A stretch of DNA of 64,000 nt from Chitinophagaceae bacterium (GTDB lineage Bacteria > Bacteroidota > Bacteroidia > Chitinophagales > Chitinophagaceae), in NCBI GenBank assembly GCA_031400855.1, contig JANNQR010000045.1, positions 690 to 64,689 of the forward strand. Reading direction: 5' to 3'. The notes under the pieces were generated by a model. That model saw nothing but the letters and a program-made list of their open reading frames with translations, did not search any database and was not told where the DNA came from. Both the position numbers and the translations under genes were made by a program. Below are positions 19,805-30,700 of the stretch, one piece after another; position 1 is the stretch's first letter, and every line of letters starts with the position of its first letter.

Positions 19805-21904
19805 ATGAAACTATTTCCTGAATCAGCTAATCAGCAACTTGAATTTAACAAGATAAAAGACCTCTTGGCAGATTTATGCCAGACAGACTATGCCTGTTCC
19901 AAAGCCCAGGAACTCAGGATTCACACAAAGAAAGAATTTGTTGAGTTGGAATTGAAACAAAGTCATGAGTACCGGCAATTGGTTGTCAATGCTATTTATT
20001 TCCCCAATGATAATATTCTGAATCTTTCCAAAGAACTAAAACTGCTTTCTATACCGGGAGCTGTTTTGGGTACCGGCGATTTGCAACTGATTCGAAAACT
20101 GGCGGAGAGCATCGAAAAGATTTTTCGCTGGTTTGATAACGAAAGAAAACAAGCTTACCCGGCTCTGACAAGTGTAATCAGTGGTACCTACTATGAAAAA
20201 GCGATTGTGGAAATGATCAATGATGTGGTGGATGAGGTGGGACAGGTAAAAGATAATGCTTCAGATGATTTGAAGGAGATACGGATGAGTTTATATCGCA
20301 AAAGAAATGAACTGAGAAGACTTTTTGATAAGATTGTTTCAAAACTGAATAAACAAGGCTATTTAGCTGAAATAGAAGAAAGTTTTTTAAATGGCCGGCG
20401 TGTACTGGCAGTATTTGCAGAACAGAAAAGAACAATAAAAGGAATTTTACATGGAGAAAGTGATAGCCGGAAAACAGCTTTTGTAGAACCTGAAGAAACC
20501 ATTGAATTGAATAACACCATTTATGAATTGGAAAATGATGAAAAAAAAGAAGTGTATCGCATTTTAAAAGAATTGACCACTAAATTGTCAGTTTATGCTT
20601 CACTTCTTACAGACTGGCATATTGTTACCGGCGAATTTGATTTTATACGGGCTAAAGCAAAACTGGCCGCAGAAATAAAAGGTGAGTATCCGTCTATAAC
20701 AGATAAAGCTCATGTTCATTTGGTAGAAGCCTATCATCCGCTTTTGTATCTCTACAATCAAAGAGCAGGCAAGTCAACCGTTCCTGTTAACATTACGTTA
20801 GATGAGGCAAGTCGCATCCTTGTCATCAGCGGACCAAATGCCGGTGGAAAAACAGTGACGATGAAAACAGTTGGTCTTTTACAAATGATGGTACAGAGTG
20901 GTCTGTTGGTGCCGGTACACCCATCCTCGCAGTTTGGTATTTTTAAACAGTTGATGATTCATATTGGCGATACGCAAAGTATAGAATTTGAATTAAGCAC
21001 TTACAGCAGCCATTTATTGCACATGAAGTATTTCATAGAAGAAGCAAATGGACGTACATTATTTTTTATAGATGAATTGGGAAGTGGTAGTGATCCTAAT
21101 CTTGGCGGTGCATTTGCGGAAGTAATATTGCAGGAATTGGCCAAAAAACATGCAATTGGAATTGTGACTACCCACTATCTTAATCTAAAAATCATGGCGG
21201 GAAAAACTGCAGGCATTCTTAATGGTGCTATGGCTTTTGATGAAAAGAACCTGAAACCGCTATACAAACTCTTAATCGGGAAACCGGGAAGCTCTTATAC
21301 TTTTTCTATTGCCGAAAGAATCGGACTTGATAAAGAGTTGATCAATAGGGCCCGGCTATTGGTGGATAATGATCAATTCCGCTTGGATAAACTATTAAAC
21401 CGGACTGAACAGGATTTGCAGGATATTGAAAAAAAAGAAAAAGATTTAAACCGATTAGTCAAAGAGAATGAAAAACTAAAAAAAGAAATGCAGCAGGTGG
21501 TGGATAAAGAAAAACATCGCCAGCAAGTGGAGTTATTGAAAGAGCAGAATAAGATAGCTGAAGACCGGATGGTCTATTTAAAGGATATGGAAAGAAAATT
21601 GAAGCAACTTCAGGTAGAATGGCGAAAGGAAGAGAATAAGAACAAAGTGATCAGGCAAATGGAAGCCTTACTTTTTAAAAAAGATGAGAAAAAAGTTGTG
21701 AGCAAGATGCAGAAAAAGATTGATTTAAAGTTTAATGAAGTTGGAGGTGAAATAAATATTGGCAACAAAGTAAAAATGAAAAAGAATCATCAGGTTGGTG
21801 AAGTGATAGAAATGAGAGGCAAAAGGGCCGTGGTAAAAATTGGCTTATTGCCAATGCAGGTAGATGTAAAAGATTTAGTGGTGGTAAAGGAGAAAGACGG
21901 ATAA
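19805..21904 (+). CDS. mutS2: MutS2-family endonuclease/ATPase (Smr domain not evident)
   Basis: ISGPNAGGKTVTMK Walker A, IGDTQSIEFELSTYSSHL, FFIDELGSGSDP, TTHY, coiled coil and C-terminal KOW-like segment. Confidence 0.9.
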   Translation: MKLFPESANQQLEFNKIKDLLADLCQTDYACSKAQELRIHTKKEFVELELKQSHEYRQLVVNAIYFPNDNILNLSKELKLLSIPGAVLGTGDLQLIRKLAESIEKIFRWFDNERKQAYPALTSVISGTYYEKAIVEMINDVVDEVGQVKDNASDDLKEIRMSLYRKRNELRRLFDKIVSKLNKQGYLAEIEESFLNGRRVLAVFAEQKRTIKGILHGESDSRKTAFVEPEETIELNNTIYELENDEKKEVYRILKELTTKLSVYASLLTDWHIVTGEFDFIRAKAKLAAEIKGEYPSITDKAHVHLVEAYHPLLYLYNQRAGKSTVPVNITLDEASRILVISGPNAGGKTVTMKTVGLLQMMVQSGLLVPVHPSSQFGIFKQLMIHIGDTQSIEFELSTYSSHLLHMKYFIEEANGRTLFFIDELGSGSDPNLGGAFAEVILQELAKKHAIGIVTTHYLNLKIMAGKTAGILNGAMAFDEKNLKPLYKLLIGKPGSSYTFSIAERIGLDKELINRARLLVDNDQFRLDKLLNRTEQDLQDIEKKEKDLNRLVKENEKLKKEMQQVVDKEKHRQQVELLKEQNKIAEDRMVYLKDMERKLKQLQVEWRKEENKNKVIRQMEALLFKKDEKKVVSKMQKKIDLKFNEVGGEINIGNKVKMKKNHQVGEVIEMRGKRAVVKIGLLPMQVDVKDLVVVKEKDG

Positions 21905-22077
21905 CGGAACTCCGTTCCGTTTGTTTGGCCGATACAGACCCGATAGTTATCGGGTTCCGGCCTCCGGGATAACGGAACTCTGTTCCGTTCATTTAGGCAA
22001 AACAGTTTTCCGGCCTTCAGGACATCGAAACTCCGTTTGTATGGCCGGAACAGACCCGATAGTTATCGGGTTCCGGC
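21899..22077. repeat. Mosaic REP/BIME-like cluster of alternating palindromes
   Basis: GGATAACGGAACTC(C/T)GTTCCGTT twice (about 21899 and 21967) alternating with ACAGACCCGATAGTTATCGGGTTCCGGC twice (about 21934 and 22050); first unit overlaps the mutS2 stop. Confidence 0.8.
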
Positions 22078-22084
22078 TAACAAT

Positions 22085-22113
22085 AAAAAAACGAAGCCTT
22101 ACGGGGCTTCGTT
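22085..22113 (-). terminator. Intrinsic terminator between convergent mutS2 and CBS genes
   Basis: AACGAAGCC-TTACG-GGGCTTCGTT hairpin with A-run on the + side (U-tract on the - strand). Confidence 0.75.
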
Positions 22114-22135
22114 GCGTATTTAATGAGTGGATAAG

Positions 22136-22564
22136 TTAGCTGCTGATATAGTTTTGCAATTGATTGATTGTTTCTTTTTGCATCAGGATCGTTTCCTTCA
22201 CCACATCACTCATTGAAATAATACCGGTAAGTTGATTGTTTTCAAATACGGGCATATAGCGGATATTTTTTTCCGTCATCAATTGCATACAATATTCAAT
22301 ACTATCTGCCGGACGAACAGCCGGTAAGTCTGTTGACATAATCTCGGATACTTTGGTGGAAGTGGAATTTTTTTCCTTTAATAATACTTTTCTGGAATAA
22401 TCTCTTTCGGTCATTATGCCCAGGTATTTATCATTTTCCATAACTACGACCGAGCCGATATTTTTTTCAGCCATAATAGTTAATGCTTCCAATACGGTTG
22501 TATCGGGCAATACCGTAACTGGCAAACGATCTTTTCGATTAATCACTGAAGACACGGTATTCAT
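22136..22564 (-). CDS. Tandem CBS-domain protein
   Basis: NIGSVVVME...GIMTERDYSRKV; IRYMPV...GIISMSDVVK; start moved to ATG 22564 (MNTVSSVI). Confidence 0.9.
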   Translation of the reverse strand: MNTVSSVINRKDRLPVTVLPDTTVLEALTIMAEKNIGSVVVMENDKYLGIMTERDYSRKVLLKEKNSTSTKVSEIMSTDLPAVRPADSIEYCMQLMTEKNIRYMPVFENNQLTGIISMSDVVKETILMQKETINQLQNYISS

Positions 22565-22622
22565 AAATAGCATTTTTTTCTGCATGAAAATTACGAAAAA
22601 GATATTACCTGTTAAAAACAAT

Positions 22623-23120
22623 TTATTCAAGCCGGCTATTTTCGATTATTTTTTTTGCTACAAATGAACTGGCCATCAGCAAAAGAACGGATATGGCAAA
22701 CAGCGTTGTACCACTTTCCAGTTTGGAAATGATGATGGTTGAGTCAAATTTCATATTCAATATCAATACGGCAACTACAAACACATCCAGCATAGACCAC
22801 TTATTGATAATTTCAAGTCCTGTAGCAACCGCAACATGCCGGGGCATCCTTTTGCCAAGTAAAGTCAGGAAAAGAAAGATATATTTTATTACCGGGAAAA
22901 TGATGGTAAAGAAAAGGAGTAAAAGACCAATAAAAACCTCTCCTTTGTCAAAAAAATACCTGAAAGAACTGATGATGTAAACATAATCCCTTTTGATAGT
23001 GAATGGACCAATTCCAAAACCCGTTTGCAGCAGAGGGTACATCAGCCCCAAAACAAAAAAAATCAGCGAAGCAATCAGAAAAATTATTGAAATCAATCTT
23101 TTGTTAGAACCCAGTTTCAT
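22623..23120 (-). CDS. Paraquat-inducible protein A (PqiA)-like membrane protein, single domain
   Basis: F.IIFPVIK and INKWSMLDVFVVAVL motifs; four TM segments. Confidence 0.82.
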   Translation of the reverse strand: MKLGSNKRLISIIFLIASLIFFVLGLMYPLLQTGFGIGPFTIKRDYVYIISSFRYFFDKGEVFIGLLLLFFTIIFPVIKYIFLFLTLLGKRMPRHVAVATGLEIINKWSMLDVFVVAVLILNMKFDSTIIISKLESGTTLFAISVLLLMASSFVAKKIIENSRLE

Positions 23121-23187
23121 TCAGTTAAGGTATGAAACCAATTGGATTTATTAATTAGTCCAACTGTTTCCGGTGTAATGCTTGTCC

Positions 23188-23234
23188 GTCCCGAAAGTCG
23201 GGAATGTAGCAGCCGTTTCCCGATTATATCGGGA
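23188..23234. repeat. Pair of TCCCGA...TCGGGA palindromes
   Basis: GTCCCGAAAGTCGGGA (23188-23203) and TCCCGATTATATCGGGA (23218-23234); same stem as the insert in ggt. Confidence 0.65.
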
Positions 23235-23321
23235 TTACTGATGCACTCGGTATAAAACATAGTGAGAAAAATCATTCCATTTTTATACCTTGTATAAGAT
23301 TCCCGGGGTAATAAAAAAAAG

Positions 23322-24344
23322 ATGGAGCAAAAACCTGCCACTTTAAAAGAGATCGCCAGAAAACTTAACGTCTCTGTATCTACAGTTTCAAGGGCATTGC
23401 ATAATCATCCCAGTATCGGTCTGCGCACTAAAATGCAGGTTCAGGACCTGGCAAAGGAATTAAATTATGAACCTAACCAGGCAGCCATTTCATTTAAACA
23501 GGGTAAAACAATGATTTTGGGTGTTATTCTCCCCAATTTAGGTGAAGAATATTTTTCAATCGCTATTAATGGGATAGAGGATGTAGCTACCCGAAATAAA
23601 TACACCGTTCTGATAGGTCAATCGCATGATGATGTGGAAAGAGAACGGCAAATTTCAGAAGCCATGCGACGACAAAGAGTGGATGGCTTGATTGTATCAT
23701 TAGCGAAAACAACAAAAACGTTTGAACACTTTGAATTATTAAAGAAATATAAAATCCCGGTAGTTTTTTTTGACCGGGTTCCGGATATTGCTGATGCATA
23801 TGCTGTTTCCTGCAATCTGGAGAATAGTTCAGTGGAACTGGTGGACTTACTGGTGAGCAAAGGACACAAACATATTGGATTTATTAAAGGCCCTGATTCC
23901 CTGATTCATTCTAAGCAACGCCTGAATGGTTATTATGAAGGTTTAAAAAAACATAAGATCAAAGTGGATAATGCTTTCGTGGTTACAACCGATTTGAGCA
24001 AGAAGAAAACTCAGGATGCCATGCATAAGTTACTGGCATTAAAAAACAGACCAACTGCAGTTATTGCTTTCAATGATTATGTAACACTCGAAGCTACCAG
24101 GTATACCCGCAATGAAGGATTGAAGATCAACAAGGATATTTCATTTGTCAGTTATGCCAACCTCCCCATAACAAGTTATCTGGATGATCCACCGCTGGCA
24201 TCAGTAGAACAGTTTCCCTATCAACAGGCTGAAAAAGCAACTGAAATTTTATTACAACTTATCCAATCAAAGGGTGATGATGATCATATCCCCAGAAAAG
24301 TAGTGTTGGAGAGCAAAGTAGTAATTACAAATGTCAATAGATAA
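23322..24344 (+). CDS. LacI-family transcriptional regulator
   Basis: TLKEIARKLNVSVSTVSRAL HTH, YEPNQAA, IPVVFFDRV, PTAVIAFND. Confidence 0.95.
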   Translation: MEQKPATLKEIARKLNVSVSTVSRALHNHPSIGLRTKMQVQDLAKELNYEPNQAAISFKQGKTMILGVILPNLGEEYFSIAINGIEDVATRNKYTVLIGQSHDDVERERQISEAMRRQRVDGLIVSLAKTTKTFEHFELLKKYKIPVVFFDRVPDIADAYAVSCNLENSSVELVDLLVSKGHKHIGFIKGPDSLIHSKQRLNGYYEGLKKHKIKVDNAFVVTTDLSKKKTQDAMHKLLALKNRPTAVIAFNDYVTLEATRYTRNEGLKINKDISFVSYANLPITSYLDDPPLASVEQFPYQQAEKATEILLQLIQSKGDDDHIPRKVVLESKVVITNVNR

Positions 24345-24441
24345 AAGCCGTCAAACCAAAACGAAGTTTAACTGAACCTGGATCTTTCAGGACTATTTTT
24401 TCAAGATAGATACTAAAAATTTCAAAAGATAAGTGATAGAA

Positions 24442-24639
24442 GCACACGGATGACACAGACCAGCCTACCGGCAGGCTGGTTGGATGAACACGGATTTTTT
24501 CTGCTTCGCAGAAATTTTGATTTTGTTATTTCGTTTTCTTTCATTTTCCATCTGTAAGTTGATAGCTTTTCTTGAACTATTTTTCACGAAGTGAAAAATA
24601 AATCCGTGTTCATCCGTCTTACCCGTGTCATCCGTGTGC
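24442..24639. mobile_element. Non-coding dyad element with long inverted arms (CACGGATGA/ACACGGAT type)
   Basis: Left GCACACGGATGACACAGA[20-bp insert]TTGGATGAACACGGATTT; right AAATCCGTGTTCATCCGTCTTACCCGTGTCATCCGTGTGC; inner hairpins TTTCTGC-TTC-GCAGAAA and TATTTTTCAC-GAA-GTGAAAAATA. Confidence 0.75.
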
Positions 24640-24888
24640 CCGTATTTTGTCGCCCATCCTATGTATTAAGTTAGTATGTAGAATGAAAAATTGTAAACAA
24701 AGATCATTTTGTTTTCTAATTATTTTTTAAAGAGAAATATTCATTTTTTAAAAACTACTCCAGGAAAAGAAAGATAGGTTTACTTAGAAAAGTAATCCAT
24801 CAGTAAGCAACAACTAACCATCAGAATCACCATAATATTGTTTCATTAACATTTGTGATACTAAAAGTATTCATCTGCTAAATTCAAT

Positions 24889-24919
24889 TTTGCCGATAAG
24901 CCCTGCAGGGCTATTTTTG
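24889..24919 (+). promoter_or_regulatory. Bacteroidota housekeeping promoter of tRNA-Ser
   Basis: TTTG (24889-24892)-N19-TATTTTTG (24912-24919). Confidence 0.8.
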
Positions 24920-24923
24920 CACC

Positions 24924-25008
24924 GGAGAGTTGGCAGAGCGGTCGATTGCGGCAGTCTTGAAAACTGTTGACTGTAACAGGTCCTGGGGTTCGAATCCCTA
25001 ACTCTCCG
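24924..25008 (+). tRNA. tRNA-Ser(TGA), CCA not encoded
   Basis: GGAGAGT/ACTCTCC acceptor stem with G discriminator, D-arm TGGCAGAGCGG, anticodon loop CTTGAAA, long variable arm, GGTTCGAATCC T-arm. Confidence 0.97.
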
Positions 25009-25016
25009 CTTAAACG

Positions 25017-25039
25017 AGTCCCCCAATCGGGGGATTTTT
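25017..25039 (+). terminator. Intrinsic terminator after tRNA-Ser
   Basis: AGTCCCCC-AATC-GGGGGATT followed by TTT. Confidence 0.65.
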
Positions 25040-25056
25040 AGTTTGTCAGCTATTTT

Positions 25057-26895
25057 ATGAAACATCTGAAGGCTATTAATAAATATTTCTGGAAGTACCG
25101 GATACGGCTTGGTATCGGAGTGGTGTTTGTTTTTTTTTCCAATTATTTCAACGTTTTGTCGCCCCAGGTAACCGGGTTTGTAATAGATTTTGTTCAGCAG
25201 TTATTCCCGGGCTATCAGGCACCTGCTAATCCTCCTAGGTATGATGCGCTGGTCAATGAAATAACCGGCTGGATAAATGGAGAAGGATATGGCTGGGTAA
25301 AAGTGGTGGCACTTTGCGGTATTACCATTTTGGTTCTGGCCTTACTCAGAGGGTTCTTTTTATTCCTGATGCGTCAAACGATTATTGTCATGAGCCGCCA
25401 CATTGAATTTGACCAGAAAAACGAAATTTTTAATCATTATCAAAAACTCGATACAGCCTTTTATAAAACCAACAGTACCGGCGATCTCATGAATCGCATT
25501 TCAGAAGACGTTAGCCGGGTTAGAATGTTTACCGGACCAGCCATCATGTATCTGGCCAACCTGATTGCGATTATCTCTCTCAGTGTATTTTTCATGGTAA
25601 AGCGGGATGCAGAACTCACCTTGTATGTATTAGCTCCATTACCAATACTGGCCATTACTATTTATTTTGTCAATAACACCATTCATAGAAAAAGCGAAAA
25701 GATACAGGCATCTTTATCTGACCTGACCACCAATGCGCAGGAATCTTTTTCAGGAATAAGGGTAATCAAATCTTTTGTGCAGGAAAAAGCAATGTTAGGT
25801 TTCTTTACCAAAAACAGCGAAGAGTATAAGAAAAATGCAATCGGACTCGCCAAAGTAGAAGCTATTTATTTCCCTTCCATTACATTTTTAATAGGGTTAA
25901 GCACCTTATTGACCATTATGATAGGAGGGTTACATCATATCAGCAATCCGGAAAAAACCAATCTTGCTACAATCGTTGAATTTGTAATGTATGTTAATAT
26001 GCTCACTTTCCCGGTAAGTGCAATTGGGCTTACAGCCAGTATGATTCAACGGGCTGCTGCGTCGCAAAAAAGAATAAATGAATTTCTTGATATCAAAACT
26101 TCGGTTACTGCGAATGAAAACCCGGATAAGTTTGTATTAAAAGGGAACATCAGTTTTGAAGATGTTGATTTCGTTTACCCGCATACTGGCATTCATGCCC
26201 TGAAAAAATTTAATCTGCAAATCAAAAGCGGTGAGAAGGTAGCCATTGTTGGCAGAACAGGTAGCGGCAAATCAACTATCGCACAATTACTGTTGCGAAT
26301 GTATGATGTCAGCAGTGGCAAAATAACATTGGATGGAAATGATCTGTTGCAGTTGGATGTCAAATCACTACGGAATCAGATCAGTTACGTACCGCAGGAT
26401 GTTTTTTTATTCAGCGATACTGTTGAAAATAATATTGGCTTTGGGTTAGATAATTCAAATTTGAATGCTGTACAGAAAGCAGCTAAACAAGCAAGTGTAC
26501 ATAAAGAAATTGAAGGATTTGACCGGCAATATGAAACGATGATCGGCGAACGGGGCGTAACATTAAGCGGCGGACAAAAACAACGGATTTCAATTGCACG
26601 GGCATTAATAAAAAACCCAAACCTTGTCATCTTTGATGATTGCCTGAGTGCAGTAGACACCAGGACAGAAAAGGAGATCATTGGTAACCTGAACGAATAC
26701 CTGAAGGACAAAACAGCGATCATTATTACCCATCGTATTTTCTCACTCATCAATTTTGATAAAATTGTTGTAATGGATGATGGGGTAATTGTGGAAGAGG
26801 GTACTCACCAACAATTACTTACAAGGAATGGCTACTATGCAGGCCTCTATACCCGTCAACAACAACTTGATAATAGCCCTGACCTTACAGTTTAG
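25057..26895 (+). CDS. ABC transporter, fused permease/ATPase (MdlA/MsbA-like exporter)
   Basis: TM domain, GRTGSGKST Walker A, LSGGQKQR signature, VIFDDCLSAVD, IITHR. Confidence 0.95.
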   Translation: MKHLKAINKYFWKYRIRLGIGVVFVFFSNYFNVLSPQVTGFVIDFVQQLFPGYQAPANPPRYDALVNEITGWINGEGYGWVKVVALCGITILVLALLRGFFLFLMRQTIIVMSRHIEFDQKNEIFNHYQKLDTAFYKTNSTGDLMNRISEDVSRVRMFTGPAIMYLANLIAIISLSVFFMVKRDAELTLYVLAPLPILAITIYFVNNTIHRKSEKIQASLSDLTTNAQESFSGIRVIKSFVQEKAMLGFFTKNSEEYKKNAIGLAKVEAIYFPSITFLIGLSTLLTIMIGGLHHISNPEKTNLATIVEFVMYVNMLTFPVSAIGLTASMIQRAAASQKRINEFLDIKTSVTANENPDKFVLKGNISFEDVDFVYPHTGIHALKKFNLQIKSGEKVAIVGRTGSGKSTIAQLLLRMYDVSSGKITLDGNDLLQLDVKSLRNQISYVPQDVFLFSDTVENNIGFGLDNSNLNAVQKAAKQASVHKEIEGFDRQYETMIGERGVTLSGGQKQRISIARALIKNPNLVIFDDCLSAVDTRTEKEIIGNLNEYLKDKTAIIITHRIFSLINFDKIVVMDDGVIVEEGTHQQLLTRNGYYAGLYTRQQQLDNSPDLTV

Positions 26896-26920
26896 AACGG
26901 TAAAGAGACCACAGGCTCAG

Positions 26921-26951
26921 TTTGGCCGTTTCAAAAACATCTTTATATTTG
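26921..26951 (+). promoter_or_regulatory. Housekeeping promoter of the DUF3276 gene
   Basis: TTTG (26921-26924)-N19-TATATTTG (26944-26951). Confidence 0.7.
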
Positions 26952-26999
26952 TGACTTCCAAAACCAAAGCAATTCCTTAACTGCTAAAAAATTACAACT

Positions 27000-27494
27000 G
27001 TGGCTTACGAGAATACCGACAAGAAATACGAGAATGGAGACAAAAAAATAGAGAGCATTTACAGTCAACGCATTCGTGCAGGAAAAAGAAGAACCTACTT
27101 CTTTGATGTAAGAGCTACCCGTGGTAATGATTATTATCTGACAATTACAGAAAGCCGCAAACGCTTTGATGATAATGGATATGACCGGCACAAAGTATTT
27201 TTATATAAAGAAGATTTCAACAAGTTCATAAAAGCTTTGGGTGAGGCTGTTGACTATGTGAAAACAGACCTGATGCCTGACTTTGATTTCGATGCATTTA
27301 ATCATGATGAAAATCCTGACGAGATGGGGCATACCGGAGTTGCGGAAAATAATACTGTAGAACAACCCGTAGCTGATGAAGTTGTAGTAGCAAATGAAGT
27401 TGTGTCTGCAGAAAAAAGTGAAGAGGCTGCTGCACCTGTTGCTGAAGAAAGTACAGCTACTGATAAGAGTACGGAAGAGGTTGATAAATGGTAA
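27000..27494 (+). CDS. DUF3276 / PUR-like nucleic-acid-binding protein with acidic tail
   Basis: RAGKRRTYFFDVRATRGNDYYLTITESRK...HKVFLYKEDFNKF; GTG start. Confidence 0.85.
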   Translation: MAYENTDKKYENGDKKIESIYSQRIRAGKRRTYFFDVRATRGNDYYLTITESRKRFDDNGYDRHKVFLYKEDFNKFIKALGEAVDYVKTDLMPDFDFDAFNHDENPDEMGHTGVAENNTVEQPVADEVVVANEVVSAEKSEEAAAPVAEESTATDKSTEEVDKW

Positions 27495-27756
27495 ATAGAT
27501 CGTTAGCTTCCATTAGATAAATTATTCCTTCTATCCCGGACTTAGCTTTATAGGCAAACCGGGTTTTCATAGAAATTTTAAGCATTGTTTTGCCCCCTGT
27601 TTGGCATGCAGAAGTCATCTATTCATTACTTATTAAGATATGGGGATTTTATAATTCGCCTTTTTTTTATGCATATGTAAAAAAAAGTTACCTTTCGCCC
27701 GATTTTCGGAATATAGTTGCCAACCTGGTAGTTATTAATCACTTAAAATATCAATT

Positions 27757-30700
27757 ATGCAATCAAAATTTACTCAAAAAAAATCAGGGTATTTATGCAC
27801 AAGAATCATCGCTTTAGCCTTGATTTTTTCTGCATCTATCCAACTTTCTTTTGCACAAGAGAACCTGACAAAAGCTAATAAGCTGAGCCCGGTTGAAAAG
27901 TCACAACAAAGAATTAAAAATCTGGCAGGCATAAAAGCTAATCCAAAGTCAGATAACGATGCGGGATTACCTAACAGGGCAATTACACAATTAAGCAACA
28001 ATCCTGAGGCAATTTGTACCAGCTGGACAGTTTCCATTACTGGTGCTGATCCAACTACAACGATGAGGGGTTTCCGGGATGGTGTTCCTAAAACCTGTGC
28101 AGCACCCGGAACATGTACAGCCGGGATTGGGGGTTCATTCAACTACCAGATTTTTCAATGGACGAACCCAGTGGCTCAGTGCGTTACTGTTACTTATACC
28201 GCCACAAATGCCAATTTTGGATTTGTAACAGTTCACAATGCTCCTCCCACTTTAGGTAACACTTGTGCAAACTGGGTAGCAGATCCGGGATCAAGCGGTA
28301 CTTCTGGTGTTCCCATCGTTTTTTCTTTTAATGGCACCGCTGGCACCACTTATTATTTCTTTGTTACAAATGTTGGTGCACCGCCATCAAATTGTACAAT
28401 CCAGATTGATGCACCTATTTGCAGTGCTACACCTTGCGCCGGTACACCTAATCCGGGCGCCACAACCGGCCCCAATGCCGTTTGCCCTACAGTCCCTTTT
28501 ACAGTTGGAATTACTAATGCACAAAATTTTGCAGGCATTACTTACCAATGGCAATCATCTCTAACAGGACTTCCAGGTTCTTATGCCAATATAGGAGGAG
28601 CAACTTCTTCAACTTATACAACTAGCATTACAGTACCAACCTGGTATCAGTGTATTGTAACATGTACTAACAGTGCTCAAACCGTTACCTCGAGTCCGGC
28701 GAAAGCTGTAGCCATCAATCCGCCTTCGGCCTGTTATTGTGCCGGTGGCGCTACGGATGTAGTTGATGAAAAAATATCAAGAGTTCGTTATAATACAATT
28801 GACAATGCTTCCACTTCAACGGCCGGCTATGAAAATTTCACGGCTATATCCACTACGGTAATACAGGGAAGCACACAGCCAATTACTGTTGATATTTCCA
28901 ATTTCTTTACTGGTGATCTGGTGAAGGTTTGGATTGACTTTAACCAGAATGGTAGCTTTACCGATCCGGGTGAGATGGTTGTTTCTACTACCAATACAAC
29001 AGCTAACCCGGCTATCGCCAATATTGCCATTCCGCTTTCAAGTTCAATCGGACCTACAAGAATGAGGGTACGTATGTACTGGTCGCCTGCTGATGCTAAC
29101 CCCGGTCCTTGTGGCAATACAGCTTATGGTCAGGTAGAAGATTATACGGTGGATATTCAACCTTGTATTCAGGGAGTGTTTAGTACACAACCTGCTAATC
29201 AAACCATTCAATGTGGAGGTACTGCCAGCTTTAGCGTAACTACTGCCGGCTCTCTGCTTACTTATGGTTGGGAATACAAAACCAGTGCTGCATCTGTTAC
29301 CTGGTTCAATGTAGCTAATGGTGGAATTTATTCAGGAGCAACTACTTCTACATTAACTCTCACCAATGTTCCTCAAACTTTTAATGGATATGTGTATCGG
29401 GCAACAATTTTGGGTCCTTGTACGGCAATAGATTTCTCAAGTTCAGCAACACTTTCAGTGGGGCCCTATATTGTAAACGTGGTTCCGCCTTCGGCAACTA
29501 TTTGCACTGGAACTTTACAGCCATTAACTATAACTAATACATTGTCTTCTGCTGTAACAACCGTTTTCTCTTCAGGAGCTATTAGTATTCCGATACCGGA
29601 TGCAGTGGTGGCCGGTATTAATCATACTATTCCTGTATCAGGTATATCCGGGCTTATTACTGATATAAGTGTCAGGTTCAGCATTCCAATACATACATGG
29701 CCTGGTGATCTTTGTGTTGTTGTAAGAGGCCCTGGTGGACAAATTCTGAATCTTGATTATTTCATTACCGCTACCGGCGCTGGCCCGGGTGCAGGTATGG
29801 TTAATACAGTTTTGAGCTCCAATGGAGTACCTAAATTGAATACCAGTTCTGCGCCTTATACGGGAACTTTTGCAGCAGATGCCCAGATGACACCTGCTGC
29901 CGGATTGGGTAACCCCCCTGTTGGACCAACCGGATTCCAGACTCCACTTGTTAATAGTTTTACTGGCTTGGCAAATTTTGCAAACGGTACTACTGCAAAT
30001 GGTAACTGGACAATTGCTATCTATGATGGCTTTGGAGGTGATATTGGTAATTTAACCAACTGGCAGGTATCCATTACTTATACAGCGCCGATATTTGCTG
30101 CTGGTGTTTGGACATCTGCACCAGCTGCACCACCCAATACGATGTGGGCTACTGCTGCTGGATCTGGCGGTCCTGCATATGTTGCAGGAACACCAGCTAC
30201 TACAATATGGGTGAACCCAACAGTTAACACCAATTATTCCGTGGTTGTGACTACTGCTACGCCATGTGTTTCAGCACCAACGGTAGTTCCGGTTAGTGTA
30301 ACTAATCCTGTTAGCGGACTTGTAGCACCGGCAAACAGAACTGTATGCGTTGGTACAAACACCAGCTTCAGCGTATCTCCGGGCGGTGGTCCTTTAACTT
30401 ATCAGTGGGAGGTAAGTGTGAACAATGGTCTTACCTGGTCAACTATTGCCGGAGCAACAGCAGCAACATTGAATCTGACAGCTGTTACCCAGTTAATGAA
30501 TAATAACCTGTATCGTGTTACTGTTAATGCTTCACCTTGCGGCGCTGTAACAACAGCTGCTGCCCGTTTGAATGTAAACCGGTTACCGGTGGTTACTATT
30601 TCATCTTCAACACTTCAGTTAGTGCCGGGACGAATCGCAATTATATCAGGAACCAGTGATACAGCAGCTTTTTCAGCTACGAGTTGGTCATGGACACTGA

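Noticed and set aside
24345-25056. tRNA-Ser as the attachment site of a genomic island or prophage
   Set aside because: No integrase, no duplicated tRNA 3' end in the window, and housekeeping-type genes on both sides.
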